A DNA stretch of 64,000 nt, from the NCBI RefSeq assembly GCF_009834535.1, contig NC_045697.1, positions 57,786,001-57,850,000 of the forward strand, given 5' to 3'. The notes beneath the pieces are model-generated. The model worked only from the letters and a program-made list of their open reading frames with translations. It was not told where the DNA came from and searched no databases. Source of the stretch: Camelus ferus. Taxonomy: Eukaryota. Every line of letters starts with the position of its first letter. Within the stretch, counting starts at the first letter, position 1. The translations under genes were made by a program, and so were the position numbers. Of the stretch, positions 11,215 to 24,645 are shown one piece after another.

Positions 11215-14200
11215 TCCAGCAAAACTCCTGCGAAGTTGCAAGAAGTCAGGAAAGAAGGATGGGGAATAGAAAATTGAGGGAGGAGGGTAGTCCCAAGATG
11301 GCACTCCACTAGCATATAGGGCCCTGTGGCAACTGGCTCCCATGAGAGATGTCTTTCTCTTCCATAATACTGATGATGTCCTCTTACTTAACCTCAGAGG
11401 CTCTTTTCAGTTTAAAAGTAGCAGCCCAATGCTTGTGGTTCATCTGACTGCATGGGGATAGCAGGTGAATACAGACAAAACACAAGGACCTGTTTTATCT
11501 ACAAAATACAAGCTTACTCCTGACCCAAACTCCTAAACAGTTACAGACCCAGGCTTTAAGGATCTCAGTGCAGGGAGAGGCTTCTGAATTGGACATGGCC
11601 AGATACCTGGAAGTGTTTGGTTGATGTCTGTGGCAATGGCAAAAAAATGAGTAACCCTTGGGCTTCTGGTCTCAGCTGTGGACGGGGGCAGAGCAAAAAT
11701 ACAGCATGATGGAACAACAGCTATATGCAGTCCACCGTGAATTTTAATGCACGGAAGACATTACAAAGGACTACCTGAGATATCGAGCAACGCTAAAAAC
11801 CACTATTCGTGGTCTAGAACAGCTGTGTGCGGCATACAGGACCTGCATGGACATTAATAGCAACCAAGGAATCCACTTTACTGGCCGTGAAGTTGAGGAA
11901 TGGGCCGATAAAAATGACATACATTGGCATCTCCACCTGCCCTACAACCCTACCGCTCCCGGGTTAATTTAAAAGAAGAACGGACTACTTAGATAATAGT
12001 TGAGACTGGAAACCCATTCTCTCAGCATGTGGACCAGGGGGCTAACTGAAGCCCCATTAACTATAACTGAAAATCCCGGGAGGAATAGTCTCAGCACCTT
12101 CACCGTTTTAACCCAGAGGCAACTTCTCAACACCATCCGAGTTCAGCTGTTGACCACCAGAGGATAATTGCCAACTATTGTCAAGACAGTAATTAACTTT
12201 TACCAAAGCCACAGGATCTACCCTAAGGGGAACACATTGTAAAACAGTCCTGGAACTGGCGGGTAAGTCCCTGGTTATTTGAGTTTGCTACTCGTGGGGA
12301 ATGGGATTGGAAAGGAACTTTATAGATTTCACCTGTCTTCTACCCAGCCCACCTGAGACTACTTACTAAGGATAATTAACCTGGGCTCCCTACTGGAGAA
12401 AGGCACCATCATATTACCCTTGTGGTCTGTTGTTACACGGCCCCTCCAGTATTCAGCACCCCAGCAGGCAGGGACTGAGGGCGGTATGATACTGCAGACC
12501 TGGACGAAACCACAGGCAGGTTGCTCAGAATGCTGTTGCTGCTTGTATTTTGCTTAATGGTCATGATCTTCCCTGTATTGTGCCTGTTACACATCTTACA
12601 TTTTGTCCCCAGTCTGAGTGGAGGGACTGGGTAACAGTGGTGGCCTCATTGTGAAATAAGTCTGACTGCTGGGTCTACAGAGAGATTATGTTGTCGTCCT
12701 CCAGTCTTCCATGAAAAAATGACCCAATAAGCCCCTGGCTCACTCATGATACCCGTTAGCTTCTGCTGTCTGTATTTCATTTGTGGTATTTGGTTGCAGT
12801 GCACCTCTACGTACCTGACCTCAGGGATATTGTGGAAGAGGGGCAGACCAAGATTGTAAGGAGTCGGGCAGGGTGTGTAGGGGTGGCGTGCATGGTCAGG
12901 CCACTCAAGATGGTCATTCTCTTGCTCTTTGTACATTCCCTGCTCAACCAGTTCCTGCTTCACCTAACTCTACTCACATGTTCCTACTTGCCTCCTGCCC
13001 CAGCTAGTGATTTCTCTAGTCCTTAGGCCAGAACAGCTTCACCTGCTAGTTTACTGAAGGAAGACATCTTCCCTTATGATGGTCATTAACCTGAGGGTCT
13101 GTGAGACATGTGCCCCGGCTGCTGGTTTCCCTGGTAACTGATGAGCTAACCTGACGTCAGCTCCTCCTTCAAATGGTAACCTCCTTCTCCCCCAAATAGC
13201 AAAGATTGCTGTCACGTCCTGCCTGCTGTCTGCCTGGTGTCTCTCCAGGACATATTGCTGCAGACATGTAAGATCCCCTGTTGGAACACTGATGTCTCTG
13301 TTGCTGTCCCTGGGCTCTTAGTTCTCGACATTGGGCTACTACAAGGGTTGCAGGCCTGCAGGGTGCAGCCCGACCGCAAGGTACTAGCACGTTTATTTCT
13401 GTGTTCTGTTGCCAGGCTCAGTAGTGCCTCTTTCTACAAACAGAAGGCAATCCTCAAATTTATTTACTAAAAATGTGGACTTTGCTCTTACAGTAGATAA
13501 TACACTCAGGGCTTTTACTGTATTGTACATTTCCCCCAAATTTTAGAAAAATTTTAAACTAAACTAACAAAAAACTAGAATATAGTTTGCTTGTACTTTA
13601 TGGTACTTCAAGATCCCTTGTGCCTAGAAAACTGGTGCTTCTAGCCAAATCAGACCTGTAAAATGCATGGGCTTTTTTTGGTTTTGTTTTTTCTTTTATT
13701 GCTGGTTATGTTTTGTTGTATTGTGTTTTTTGTTTTACAGCCAACAAACTTGAGAAACTGTTACAGCTATTCATTAAAGCTACACTAGCAGAAATTTTGT
13801 AAAAGTTTATTTGTGAACCATTTTAAAATGTTTTCTTTTAGAATAGAAATCTATTTCCAAATAATCAATTTATGTGCAATATGTGCTGTTCTTAATTTAA
13901 AGCATAACAAAATAATCAAATATAAAATAGCCAATTTTACTCTTTAGAGGAAAAAAAGATACAAGTCTAAGGGAAACATAGATATAGTATTAAGATATGG
14001 ATTCAGCTAAATGAAATAGACTCGGAAGTGCCTAAACAAAAATAAAATTTTTCTCTTTGCCAGTAAAAAACCAGGATAATATGGCGTTACATATTTCTTG
14101 TGGCCTAAATTCCTTCTCTCATCTTGTAAATCCATCTCTAGGGAATTCCCTGATCAGCAGAATCTAAGATGTTTCAGAATCAAGGGGAAGCTTTTTTTTT

Positions 14201-14344
14201 TTTTTTTAATAATCTTAGGGAAGACTTAGCTGAAAATCTGATGTAGAATCTGATTTTGAAAGTTAATATATTATAGCATATAGTAAATTCACAATTTACT
14301 TAGGTCATTGTGTGAAAAGCTGAGTATAGATTAAAATCCCAAAG

Positions 14345-14437
14345 AGGAGAAGAGGACTTTCTGATATATTTGGCTGACTGGTTAATCTGAATTCTGAACA
14401 CCTCTGAGTCTTCCTTGGAAGCAGAACAACTTCTCTG
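14345..14437 (+). pseudogene. Myosin pseudo-exon (ERNYHIFY region)
   Basis: Reads GEEDFLI(fs)YIWLTG*SEF*TPLSL, like GERNFHIFYxLLAGxSExExxxLxL. Strong donor CTG|gtaaga. Confidence 0.45.
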
Positions 14438-14457
14438 GTAAGAATGAGGCAGTTTGG

Positions 14458-15261
14458 GGCCATCATCAAAAGTGTACAAATAATAAATGCCAGAGAGGGT
14501 GTGGAGAAATGGGAACCGTGCTGCACTGTTGGTGGGAATGTAAATTGGTGCAGCCACTATGGAGAACAGTATGGAGGTTTCTTAAACTAAAATTAGAGTT
14601 ACCATGTGATCCAGCAATCCCACTCCAGGGCATATATCCAGAGAAAACTCTAATTGGAAAAGATACACACACCCCAATGTTCACAGCAGCATTATTTATA
14701 GTACATGGAAGCAACCTAAATGCCCACTGACAGAAGAATTAATAGAAGGTGAGATACACACACACACACACACACATATATAACATGTAATGGAATATTA
14801 CTGAGCTATAAAAAAGAATGAAATGATGCCATTTGCAGCAACATGGATGGATGTAGAAGTTATTATACTCAGAGAAATAATTTACACAGAGAAAGACATA
14901 TATCACTTATATGTAGAATCTAAAAAAAAATGATACAAATGAATATACTTACAAAACAGAAATAGAATCATAGATATAGAAAACAAATTTACTGTTACCA
15001 AAGGAGGAAGAGGTAGGGGTGGGATAAGTTAGGAATATGGTATTAACAGATATATACTACTATATGTAAAATAGATAAACAACAGGGAACTACTGTATAG
15101 CATGGGGAACTATACTCAATATCTTGTAATAACCTATAATGGAAAAGAATCTGAAGAAGAATATATGTATGTATGTATATTTGTATAACTGAATCACTTT
15201 GCTCTACACCTGAAAATAACCTACATTGTAAATCAACTATATTTCAATAATTTTTTTTTTA
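14458..15261 (+). mobile_element. 5'-truncated L1 (ORF2 end and 3'UTR) with 15-bp TSD
   Basis: [24 protein letters not shown] aatgaggc(a/t)gtttgg at 14443-57 and 15262-76. Confidence 0.95.
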
Positions 15262-15496
15262 AATGAGGCTGTTTGGCACTGATTAAAGACCTTGTAAGGA
15301 ACTCACTTGAGTAAGGAAATTACTTGAGGTAATTACCTTGTAAAGAAATGCCAGTCTTTTTATGCCTCATCTCTACCACATTTTAGCCTCCAAGCTTGAG
15401 TCAAAGATCAGCCTGTCTCAGATGGATAAGAATTAAATATGAACTTGGTAAGATTTATATACCAAATATTTGCAAGATTTTTATAATTTATTGTAG

Positions 15497-15656
15497 AAAC
15501 AGAAAGTTGTGATAGAAACATAGGAAGTTTCTGTAGAAATAAGCACTGATGATACTGGAATAAGGAGAAAAAAATAATTTCTGTTGGACTTAATCTACTT
15601 ATAAAGCACATTTGGTAATGAATGTGGATTTCATGCACTAGCTCATTCAGCAGAGG
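15497..15656 (+). pseudogene. Myosin pseudo-exon (AMxIL...HLGN region)
   Basis: Acceptor tttattgtag, donor AGG|gtaggt. Reads KFL*K*ALMILE*GEKIISVGLNLLIKH(fs)..NVDF. Confidence 0.4.
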
Positions 15657-15809
15657 GTAGGTCTCACTTTTTAGTTAGCTGGTTAAATGAAATTTGCATT
15701 TATGTGCATCCAGTGCTAATTCAAAACATTCCTTAATGAAATGTACAATATTATAAAGTGTTAAGAAGATAGAAAAGTCGGAGCAGATTTTAAAAGTTCT
15801 ATGGAATCA

Positions 15810-16250
15810 GCAGGTCTTCGGTTATGTCTAACTGAGAGGGCTTGGAGACCACTTTATTTACCATCACTGAAATATGCATAGGTGAGCAGGTTACCAGCAT
15901 CTCTGAAATAGTGCTACTGGCATGATCCTCCATAGGGTGGAAATAAAGATGGGAGATACTGCCACTGAAATGGGTTTCCTAATTTCAGTGAAGATACCAG
16001 AATCCCAGGATGTCAGAAAGGGGCAGCAGTTATTTCCCAGAAGCAAGAAGTTGATAACCATTATTGACATCAAGGTAAAAGTAGCATTCAGAATAGCTAG
16101 CAAACAGGGATCTTTGGTGTGGTTAAAAGAAGCTCTAGGACTTAAATATAAAGACATCTGTCTTAATTTGGATTCATTCCCTAAAACCCAAGGCTGAGGA
16201 AAAATCGTAAGTGTTAATTCTTTAATAGAGAATGTAATGCCAGGAAAGGA
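15810..16250 (+). mobile_element. ERVL gag remnant
   Basis: PASLK...MGDTATEMGFLISV resembles ERVL gag GAPASLKS...VGDAATEMGSL. Confidence 0.65.
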
Positions 16251-16379
16251 AAAACCATAAAATGAAGTTGTCCATTTCACCACTTCTATTCAGTAGCAAG
16301 CATTTTCCTGGGCATTCTAAGTAACACAATAATGAACACAAAGAAATGCTGTAATGATCATAAAGGGATTAATAAATCC

Positions 16380-17220
16380 AGCAGCATTTACAGAAGGAAG
16401 AATGTATAATAAAACAGAAGAGATCAAAGGCCTAAGAAGCAGGGCATCCAAATATTTGGAGGTTAAAGAGTTTTGGAGAAATGAAAATAGTTGCAGAAGA
16501 AAAAATCAGTAAGATAGGAGGGAAACCAGGAGAGTGTGGTGTCTATCAATACAAGGAAGGTATGAATTTGAAAAAGAAATGAGATCAAACATATCAAATG
16601 ATACTTAGAGCTAAAAAATATTGAGGATTCTGGAAAGATGGGGATCATGAAATCGATAAAAGAAATTTGTGGAGTGGAGGGGAAAAGTCAAAGGAAAGGA
16701 CTCAAGAAATAGGAGACAAGCAATGAAGACAGAATTAGGGTTAGGATGCAATTTGTTACTTAATACAGGACCCTTTTCTTCTGGAAAAACTCTGTATTGG
16801 ATAGTACAACATATCCAAACTGTGACCATCTCAGATAAACTAAAATGTATGATTTAGGCTATGTAGAACACACAGCTTTTTCAATGATTTTTCTTTAAGT
16901 GAGGGAAAGTAAATATGGTGGCAGCAGGAGGGGGTGGTGGGGCCTGGACGTGTGTGTTTGGGGTTTTTTGTTTGCTTGTTTTCATATGGCTGATGTAAGT
17001 ACATGTTTGGATGCTGTTGGAGATGAATCTGTAAAGAGGGAAGAATTGTAGATATGTGGAAAATTGCTGGGGCATTGCCAGGAGTGGTCAAGGATGACTA
17101 CTGCACAAGGTAGAAGCATGAATAATCTAGTCACAATAATAAGAAAAGGTAGAATGTTGGGCACAAGTACTAGTTGGGAAGATGTGGAGACCTGTGGAAG
17201 GTCTCAGTAAAACAGGATTT
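16380..17220 (-). mobile_element. L2 fragments
   Basis: ggagggaaaccaggagagtgtggtgtc and following L2-like text. Confidence 0.5.
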
Positions 17221-17459
17221 GAAATCATTACGTAAAATTAAAAGAGTGGATAAAATATTTTATCAGTGTAAAATAGATACGTTTAATGCAATCAATAAAG
17301 TTTAATATAGGATATGTAATTAATCACTGAAATCTTATTCATATTATAAAGCAAATCGTATTTTCTACAGATTGAAGAAAAATGAGAATATATAGTAACA
17401 ATGGAAATAATATTATAAAATATACTTTTTTGAGAATATTTTAATACCTTTCTAAACAG

Positions 17460-17635
17460 AATTCCTTTAAAAACTATAAGGAAAAGGAAGATATTGCTAT
17501 ACATATGCAATATCACATAAATGAAGCTATTAAAATTGCAAAAGAATATTAATCATGCTAGTACATAAAAACATTTCTAAAAATAGAATAGTTGCGTATT
17601 TAATCAGCAATAATCTTTTGATTACTTTGGTTGGG
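17460..17635 (+). pseudogene. Myosin pseudo-exon (relay helix, NSFEQ...EQEEY)
   Basis: Acceptor cctttctaaacag, donor GGG|gtatgc. NSFKNYKEKEDIAIHMQYHINEAIKIAKEY aligns by eye to [31 protein letters not shown]. Confidence 0.55.
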
Positions 17636-17948
17636 GTATGCAAACATAAAACTCACAAACTGCTTGCAGGCAATTAAACTTGGTAGGAAAGTTCTGAAGT
17701 TTTAGCAATAAAATTCGTGATTTTTGATATAATAAATTCACCTCTAGGATTTTGACCTCAAGAAAGTAATGAGATGCATACAATTACTTCTTTTTAAGGA
17801 AATTACCTATAGCACTCCTTACAATTGTGAAAAATTAGAAAAATCAATGTTTAACAATAGGGAATGCATTAAATAATTGTGTATTAATATATTAGAATAT
17901 TCTGCAATTTTAAAATAACTTTAATGACATGGGGAAATGCTTACAGTG

Positions 17949-18341
17949 TGTTTTGAACTGATTTGTTTCCCCCCAAATTTTATATGTTGAAGTCCTAACC
18001 CCCAGTGTACTTGAGAATATGACTATTTGGAGATAAAGCCTTTTAAAAGATGTAATTATGGTTAAATGAGGTTATGTGGGTAGATCCTAATATAATATGG
18101 CTAATGTCCTTATAAAAAGAGGGAGAGACACCAGGGGTGTATGAGCACAGAGGAAAGTCCACGTGAGAACAACGTGAGATGACAGCCACAAACAAACCAA
18201 GAAGACTCACAAGAAATCAATCCTGCTGACATCTCCATCTTGGACTTGTACCCGCTAGGACTGTGAGAAAATAAAAGTGTTGCTGTTGGAGCCACCCAGT
18301 CTGAAATGTTTTACTATGTCAGGCTGAGCAAACACAATACA
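17949..18341 (+). mobile_element. MLT1A/B-like MaLR solo LTR
   Basis: tatgttgaagtcctaacccccag...actgtgagaaaataaa...aataca; TSD cagtg/cagtc. Confidence 0.9.
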
Positions 18342-18574
18342 CAGTCTATTGTTAAGCCTATCAATAGTGTGATCACAACTTTCAGAACGCATAATTTTTT
18401 CCATCTGTCTGATGTCCAGATTGATGTACAGGCCAATGAATGAAAGGAATAAATGTAGAAAAGAATGGAAGGAAAGAAGGAAGAAAAAGAAGATAGGAAG
18501 GGTGAAAAGGATAGCTGTGTAGATTTACAAAGTATATATCAAGACTGTGAGAATTTGAGATGGATTATTGTCTT

Positions 18575-21500
18575 TATTTTCTTTTATTTTTTCTTTATGT
18601 TTTAAAGTATAGTTGATTTACAATATTGTGTTAGTCTCAGATGTACAGCAAAGTGATGCAGATATATATATACTTTTTCAGATTATTTTCCATTATAAAT
18701 TATTATAAGTTATTGAATATCGTTTCCTGTGCCATACATTAAATCCCTATTACTTACCTATTTCATTTATAGTGTTTCGAATCTCTTAACACATACTTCT
18801 AATTTATCCCTCCCATACTCTTAATTTATCCCTCCTCTCCTCCTTTTCCCCTTTGGTAACCATAAGTGTGTTTTCTATGTCTGTGAATCTTTCTGTTTTG
18901 TGTATAGATTCATTTATATTATTTTTTATATTCTACATATAAGTGATATTGTATTGATACTTTTCTTTTTCTGACTTACTTCACTTAATATGATATTCTC
19001 TAGGTCCATCATGTTGCTATAAATGATAATATTTCATTCTTTTTTATGATTGAGTAGTACACCATTGTACATATATATCACATGTACATAAACCAATCAT
19101 CTGTGATGAGCATGTGGGTTGTTTCCATGTCTGGCTATTGTGAATAGTCCTGCTATGAACATTAGGGTTCATGTACCTTATTGAGCTAGAGTTTTTATCT
19201 AATATGCCCAGGGATTTCTAGACAATATGGTAAATCTATTTTTACTTTTTTAAAGAAAGTCCGTACTGTTTTCCATAGTGGCTATACCAATTTACTTTCC
19301 CATCAACAGTGTAGGAAACTAATCTTTTCACCGCACCCTCTCCAGTGTTTACTATCTTTACACTTTTTGATGATAGCCTTTCTAGCTGGTGTGAACTGAT
19401 ACCTCATTGTGGTTTTGATTTGCATTTCTCTAATGATTAGCAACGTTGAGCGTCTTTTCATGTGCATATTGACCTTTTGTATGCCTTTTTGGACAAATGT
19501 CCAGTTAGGTCTTCTGTTCATTTTTTTACTGGATTTAAAAATTTTTTTTCTTTATTGAAGTTTAGTCAGCTTATAATGTGCCAATTACTGGGGTACAGCA
19601 TAATGTTTCAGTTATATATGTGTGCCAATACCACATTGTTTTGATTACTGTAGCTTTGTAATATTATCTGAAGTCTGGATGGGTTTTGTCTCCAGCTTTG
19701 TTCTTTTTCCTCAGGATTGCTTTGGCAATTCTGTGTCTTTTATAATTCTGTATAAATTTTAGGATTATTTGTTCCAGTTCTGTGAAAAATGTCATGGATA
19801 GTTTGATGGGGATTACATTAAACCTGTAGATGGCTTTGGATGGTATGGCTATTTAAAAAATATTAATTATTCCAATCCAAGAGCATGGGCTATATTTCCA
19901 TTTATTTGAATCATTTTCAATTTCCGTTATCAATGTTTTATAATTTTCAGCATATAGATCCTTTATTTCCTTGATTAACTTTATTCCTAGTTTTTTTTAA
20001 TGTGATTTTAAACAGGACTGTTTTACTTTCTATTATATTTTGTTGTTAGTGTAAATAAATGCAACAGATTTTTGTATGTTAATCTAGTATAATGCTCCCT
20101 TGCTAAATTCATTTATTAGTTCTAACAGTTTTTGTGTGGCGTCTTTAGGGTTCTCCATATAGAGTATCATGTCATCTGCAAATAGTGACAATTTTACCTC
20201 TTTACTTCTAATTTGGATACCTTTTATTTATGTTTTCTGCCTAATTGCTGTGACTAGAACCTCCAATACTATGGTGAATAGAAGTAGTGAGAGTATGCAT
20301 CCTTGTCTTTTTCCTTAGTTTAGCAGTAAGGCTATCAGCTTTTCATCACTGAATATTATTTTGGCTGTGGGTTATCATAAATGTTTTTAATTATGTTGAG
20401 ATATGTTCCCCCTATACCCACTTTGGTGACAGTTTTTCATCATGAATGGATGTTGAATTTTATGAAATACTTTTTAGGTGTCTATTGAGATGATCATGTG
20501 GTTTTTGTTTTTTCTTTTGTTAATGAGGTACATCACATTGATTTGTGTATGTAGAACCATACATGCGACCTTGGAATGAAACCAACTTGATCGTGGTGTA
20601 TGACCCTTTCTATGCATTGTTGAATTTGGTTTCCTAATATGTTGAGGATTTTTGTATCTATATTCATCAAAGATACTGTCCTATAATTTTATTTATTTTT
20701 ATTGTCTTGAGTCTGGTTTTGCTATCAGGGTGATGGTGGCTTCATAGAATGATTTTGGGAGTGTTCCCTTCTTGTCAGTCTTTTGAAAGTATTTCAGAAG
20801 GATCAGTGTAAGTTTTTCTTTGCGTATTTGGTAGAATTCCAAAGTGAAGCCATCCAATACTGGATTTTTGTTTGCAGGTTGTTGTTTTTTTTTTAATGAC
20901 AGTTTTTATTTTATTTTTAGTGACAGATGTAATCAAATCACATGTTTCTTCTTGACTCAGTTTTGGCAGACTGTGTTTCTAGAAACTTGTCCATTTCTTC
21001 TAGGTTGTCTAAATTGTTGGCATTTAACTGTTCATAGTATTTTCTTATGATTTTTTGTAATTTTCTAATTGGTATCAATGTGTTTTCTGATTTTCTCTCT
21101 GATTTCATTGTTGACTCATTAGTTTTTTATTAGCATGTTGTTTAGTCTCCATGTGTTTGTTTTTTCTCTCATTTTTCTTTGTGGTTGATTGCTAGTTTCA
21201 TACCATCGTGGTCAGAAAAGATGCTAAATTTCTATCCTCTTAAATTTATTGAGGTGTGTTTTGTGACCTAGTATGTGGTCTATCCTGGAGAATGTTTCAC
21301 ATGCACTTGAAAACAGTGTATAATCTGTTTGTTTGTTTGTGTGTTTCATGGTTGTTATTTATATTTTTGGACGTAGTGTCCTTAGATACTAATTAAGTCT
21401 AACTGTTCTATTGTGTCATTTAGGATCTCTGTTTTATTGATTTTATTTCTGGGAAATCTGTCCATTGATGCTGGAGAGTTGTTAAAGTCTCCTACTATTA

Positions 21501-24500
21501 TTGTTAGTGTAAATTTCTCCCTTTATGTCTGTTTGTATTTTATATATTTAGGTGCTCCTATATTGTGTGCATGTATATTAAAAAGTGTAAGATCCTCTTT
21601 TTGTATTGAGTCCTTTATCATTACTTAATGCTCTTCTTTGTCTTTCTTGATGGCTTTTGTTTTCTGTCTATTTTGTCTGATATGAGTATTGCTACCCCCA
21701 CTTATTTGTTTCTGTTTCCATGAAATATATTTTTCTATCCCCTCACTTTGTTTGTGTGTGTTCTTCCCACTAAAATGACTCTCTTGTAGGCCAAATATTC
21801 TGGGGTCTTGTTTTTTAAAATCCAATCCACCATTCTGTCTTTTGATCAGAACATTTAGTCCATTAACATTTAAAGTAATTATTGATAGGTGTATACTTAT
21901 TGCCATTTTAAACCTTGTTTTCCAGTTGATTTTGTAGTTCTTCTTTGTTCCTTTCTTTTTCCTTTTATGGTTTTCTTTTGTATTATGCTTGCGTTCCTTT
22001 CTTTTTGGTTTTTGTGAATCTATTGTATATTTTTGATTGGTAGTTACCCTGGTTTTCAAGTATGTTAACCCGTAACTTTATCTACTTGCTTTAAACTGAT
22101 AATTATGTAAGTTCAAATATTTAAAAGATCTAAAGTATTTTTACTCCCATCTCCCACATTTTTTGATTTTGATGTCCTATTTTACATCTTCATGTTTATC
22201 CTTTTTCTCTTAATTGTGGTTATAATTGCTTCTACAAATTTTTTAAATTGTTTTTGAAACTATGTACTGGCTTATTTAAGTCATCTTCAATCCTTTTTTA
22301 TATTTGCTTTTACTATTGTGATTTTCCCCTTTCCTATAGATTCTTGCTGCTTTTCTATTTAGAGAAGACTTTTGAATGTTTCTTTTAGTTTAGGTTTTGT
22401 ATTGCTGTGTTCTTTTAGTTTTTGCTTGTCTGAGAAATACTCTCTTTCTATTCTAAATGATAATCTTGCTGGGTAGAGTATCCTAGGTTTTTCCCCTTCA
22501 GGACTTTGAATATATCATGCAAGTCCCTTCTGCATAGTTTCTGCATAGAAATCTAATAGCTGTATACAAGTTATCTTGTAACTTACTGTTTCTCTCTTGC
22601 TGTCTTTAGAATCTTGTCTTTACTTTTAACTTTTGCCATTTTAATTATAATATGTCTTGGTGTGGGTCTGTTTGGGTTCATCTTGTTTGGGACCCTCTGT
22701 GGTTAATGTTTGGAATATTTTCAGCCATAATTTCGTCAAGTACATTTTCAATCCTCTTCTCTCTCCTCCTTCTGGAACCTCTATTTATGGATAGATTGGT
22801 ATACTTTATATTATCCCATAGACCTCATATGTTGCTTTCATTTTTTTATTTGTCTCTGTCTGCTGTTCTTATAGGGTGATTTTCATTATTCTATCTTCTG
22901 GATCACTTACTTATTCTTTTGCATTATTTAGTCTGCTATTCATTAATTCTAGATTCCTTTTTATCTTGACAATTTAGTTGTCTAATTTGGATTGGTTTCT
23001 CTTTATAGTTTCCAGCTCTTTGTTACAGTTGTCTGCATTTCTGTCAATAATCTTAATTATTTTGTGGTTTTTATTACCTCTTTTTTGAACTTCGGCAGAC
23101 TAGTAGACTGAGGTCTGTTTCATTTTTTTCCCCCAGGAGATTTCTCTTGTTCATTAATTGGTAGTTCCTCCACTTTTTCATTTTACTTAACTTTTCTCTG
23201 TCTCTATGAATTTAGGGGGGAAAAAAGTTATCTACTGTGGTCTTAAAAGGATGTTTTTATGTGGGAGCATCCCTGTGTAAATGGTATGAGTCCAATATTT
23301 TGATGCAAAGTCTGTTTTTGGTATTGATACCAACTGCATCATTCCTCAGAGTGTGCTGGTTGTTATCCCCTTGATTGGGGTGTGATTGGTGTTTTAGTGT
23401 CCAGAGCCTGCGCTAGTGTGTGAGACCGCCTCTTTGCTTCATGTCTCCCACCACCCTGTCAGGGGTAGGGTCTGCTCCTCAGTTGTGGAAGTAAAAGCCC
23501 TGAGGGTCAGGTTCAATAGGCTGTGTTACCCTTAGGAACATGATCTGTCCCAATGGAGATGAGCACTGAAACAAGTGAGGTCTACATAGCCACAGTGAAC
23601 CTATGTACTGCCCATGCAGGCATCCATTATTCTGCCCAGAAATAGCCTAATATTGTGTCCCTTTCTCTGTTATGTTTGTCCCAAACCTAGTGCTAGTCTG
23701 ATGCTGAGTGCCTGGGAGCTGTGGCTGCAGAAATTAGAGGTAGTTGTTCTGCTGCCTAGGATTTGAGCTGCCTCTATGGCAGGGCTCTCCCAGGGTCTGT
23801 CTGCTCCGTATCTGGCTTTAAGCTGCAGTGTGTGGTGGGTAGAACTGAAACACTCCTGCCAGGAAATGGAGCACTGAATATTCCTCCCCAGGGGCTATTC
23901 ATGTAAGATATGTGATTCTATGCTGCCACCCAGTGTTTGTGGCAACAAAGTCCACCATTGCCAGACCCACCCCACCATACAATCATTGATGTGCTTCCAG
24001 GTCGGCGCTGCCCCTGTTGTGTGGGCACCCACAAAGTCCACTGCCACCAAACCTGGGTCTTGCCATGCACATGCTGATAGTGGGCTCTGAGGTTCAGCTC
24101 AGATCACACCCCAGGTCCTCCAGATTGTCTCAACACAGCTAGGCTCAATCCTCTCCCAGGGCTTTTCTGCCCAAGATTCAGTGCCTAGCCACAGTGTGTA
24201 CTAGCAGCCCTGCCCAGTGTGTGTTTTGGGAGGTGCAGTGAGGTGGCAGAAGTCAGTGCTGGTCTCTTTCAAGTCTGATGGCTTACAAGCCAGAATGTAC
24301 ACTCTCCTCATGATCAGAGTCCCAGCTCATCTAGTCCCTTTATATGTCCTGGTGGACCTCCCAATAGGTGAGAGCACTTCTCAGGGTGAGGGCCTAACAG
24401 TGTGGACCTTCCCTCTTTCACAGATCCTCCCAGGGGTGCTGGTCCCATCCTGAAGCTTTCTCTGTGCCCCCCAATTCTACCCAGTTATGTGGGGATATTT

Positions 24501-24645
24501 CTTGCAGCTTTGGTTTTATAAGAGATTGTCTGCCAGTTTACAGTTGATTTTTTGTGTGAATTATTCCACATGAGATGTGTTTTTGATGTTTTTGTAGTGG
24601 AGGTTAGCTCCTGTCCCTCCTACATCAGCATCTTGACACCCTCCC
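18575..24645 (-). mobile_element. Near full-length degraded L1 with internal deletions
   Basis: 3'UTR at left, ORF2 fragments (EN: ITLNVNGLN..LQESHF at 21625-22059), ORF1, and GC-richer 5'UTR ending ..gcatcttg. Confidence 0.95.

Larger units (their letters stand above)
10672..13375 (+). mobile_element. Internally deleted class III (HERV-S/ERVL-like) provirus with two LTRs
   Basis: TSD gcaag at 10667-71 and 13376-80. LTRs 10672-11194 and ~12889-13375. RT remnant HNTDDVLL..G*QVNTDKTQGP, integrase SNQGIHFTG..WHLHLPYNPTAPGLI*KKNGLL, env-like stubs. Confidence 0.9.

Noticed and set aside
10922..11269. 115-aa Ser-rich ORF
   Set aside because: It lies in the LTR/PBS, and the Ser run derives from the tcagttcc repeat.
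15891..16283. 91-aa and 130-aa ORFs
   Set aside because: These are a decayed ERVL gag and its antisense frame, with no sign of a domesticated gene.
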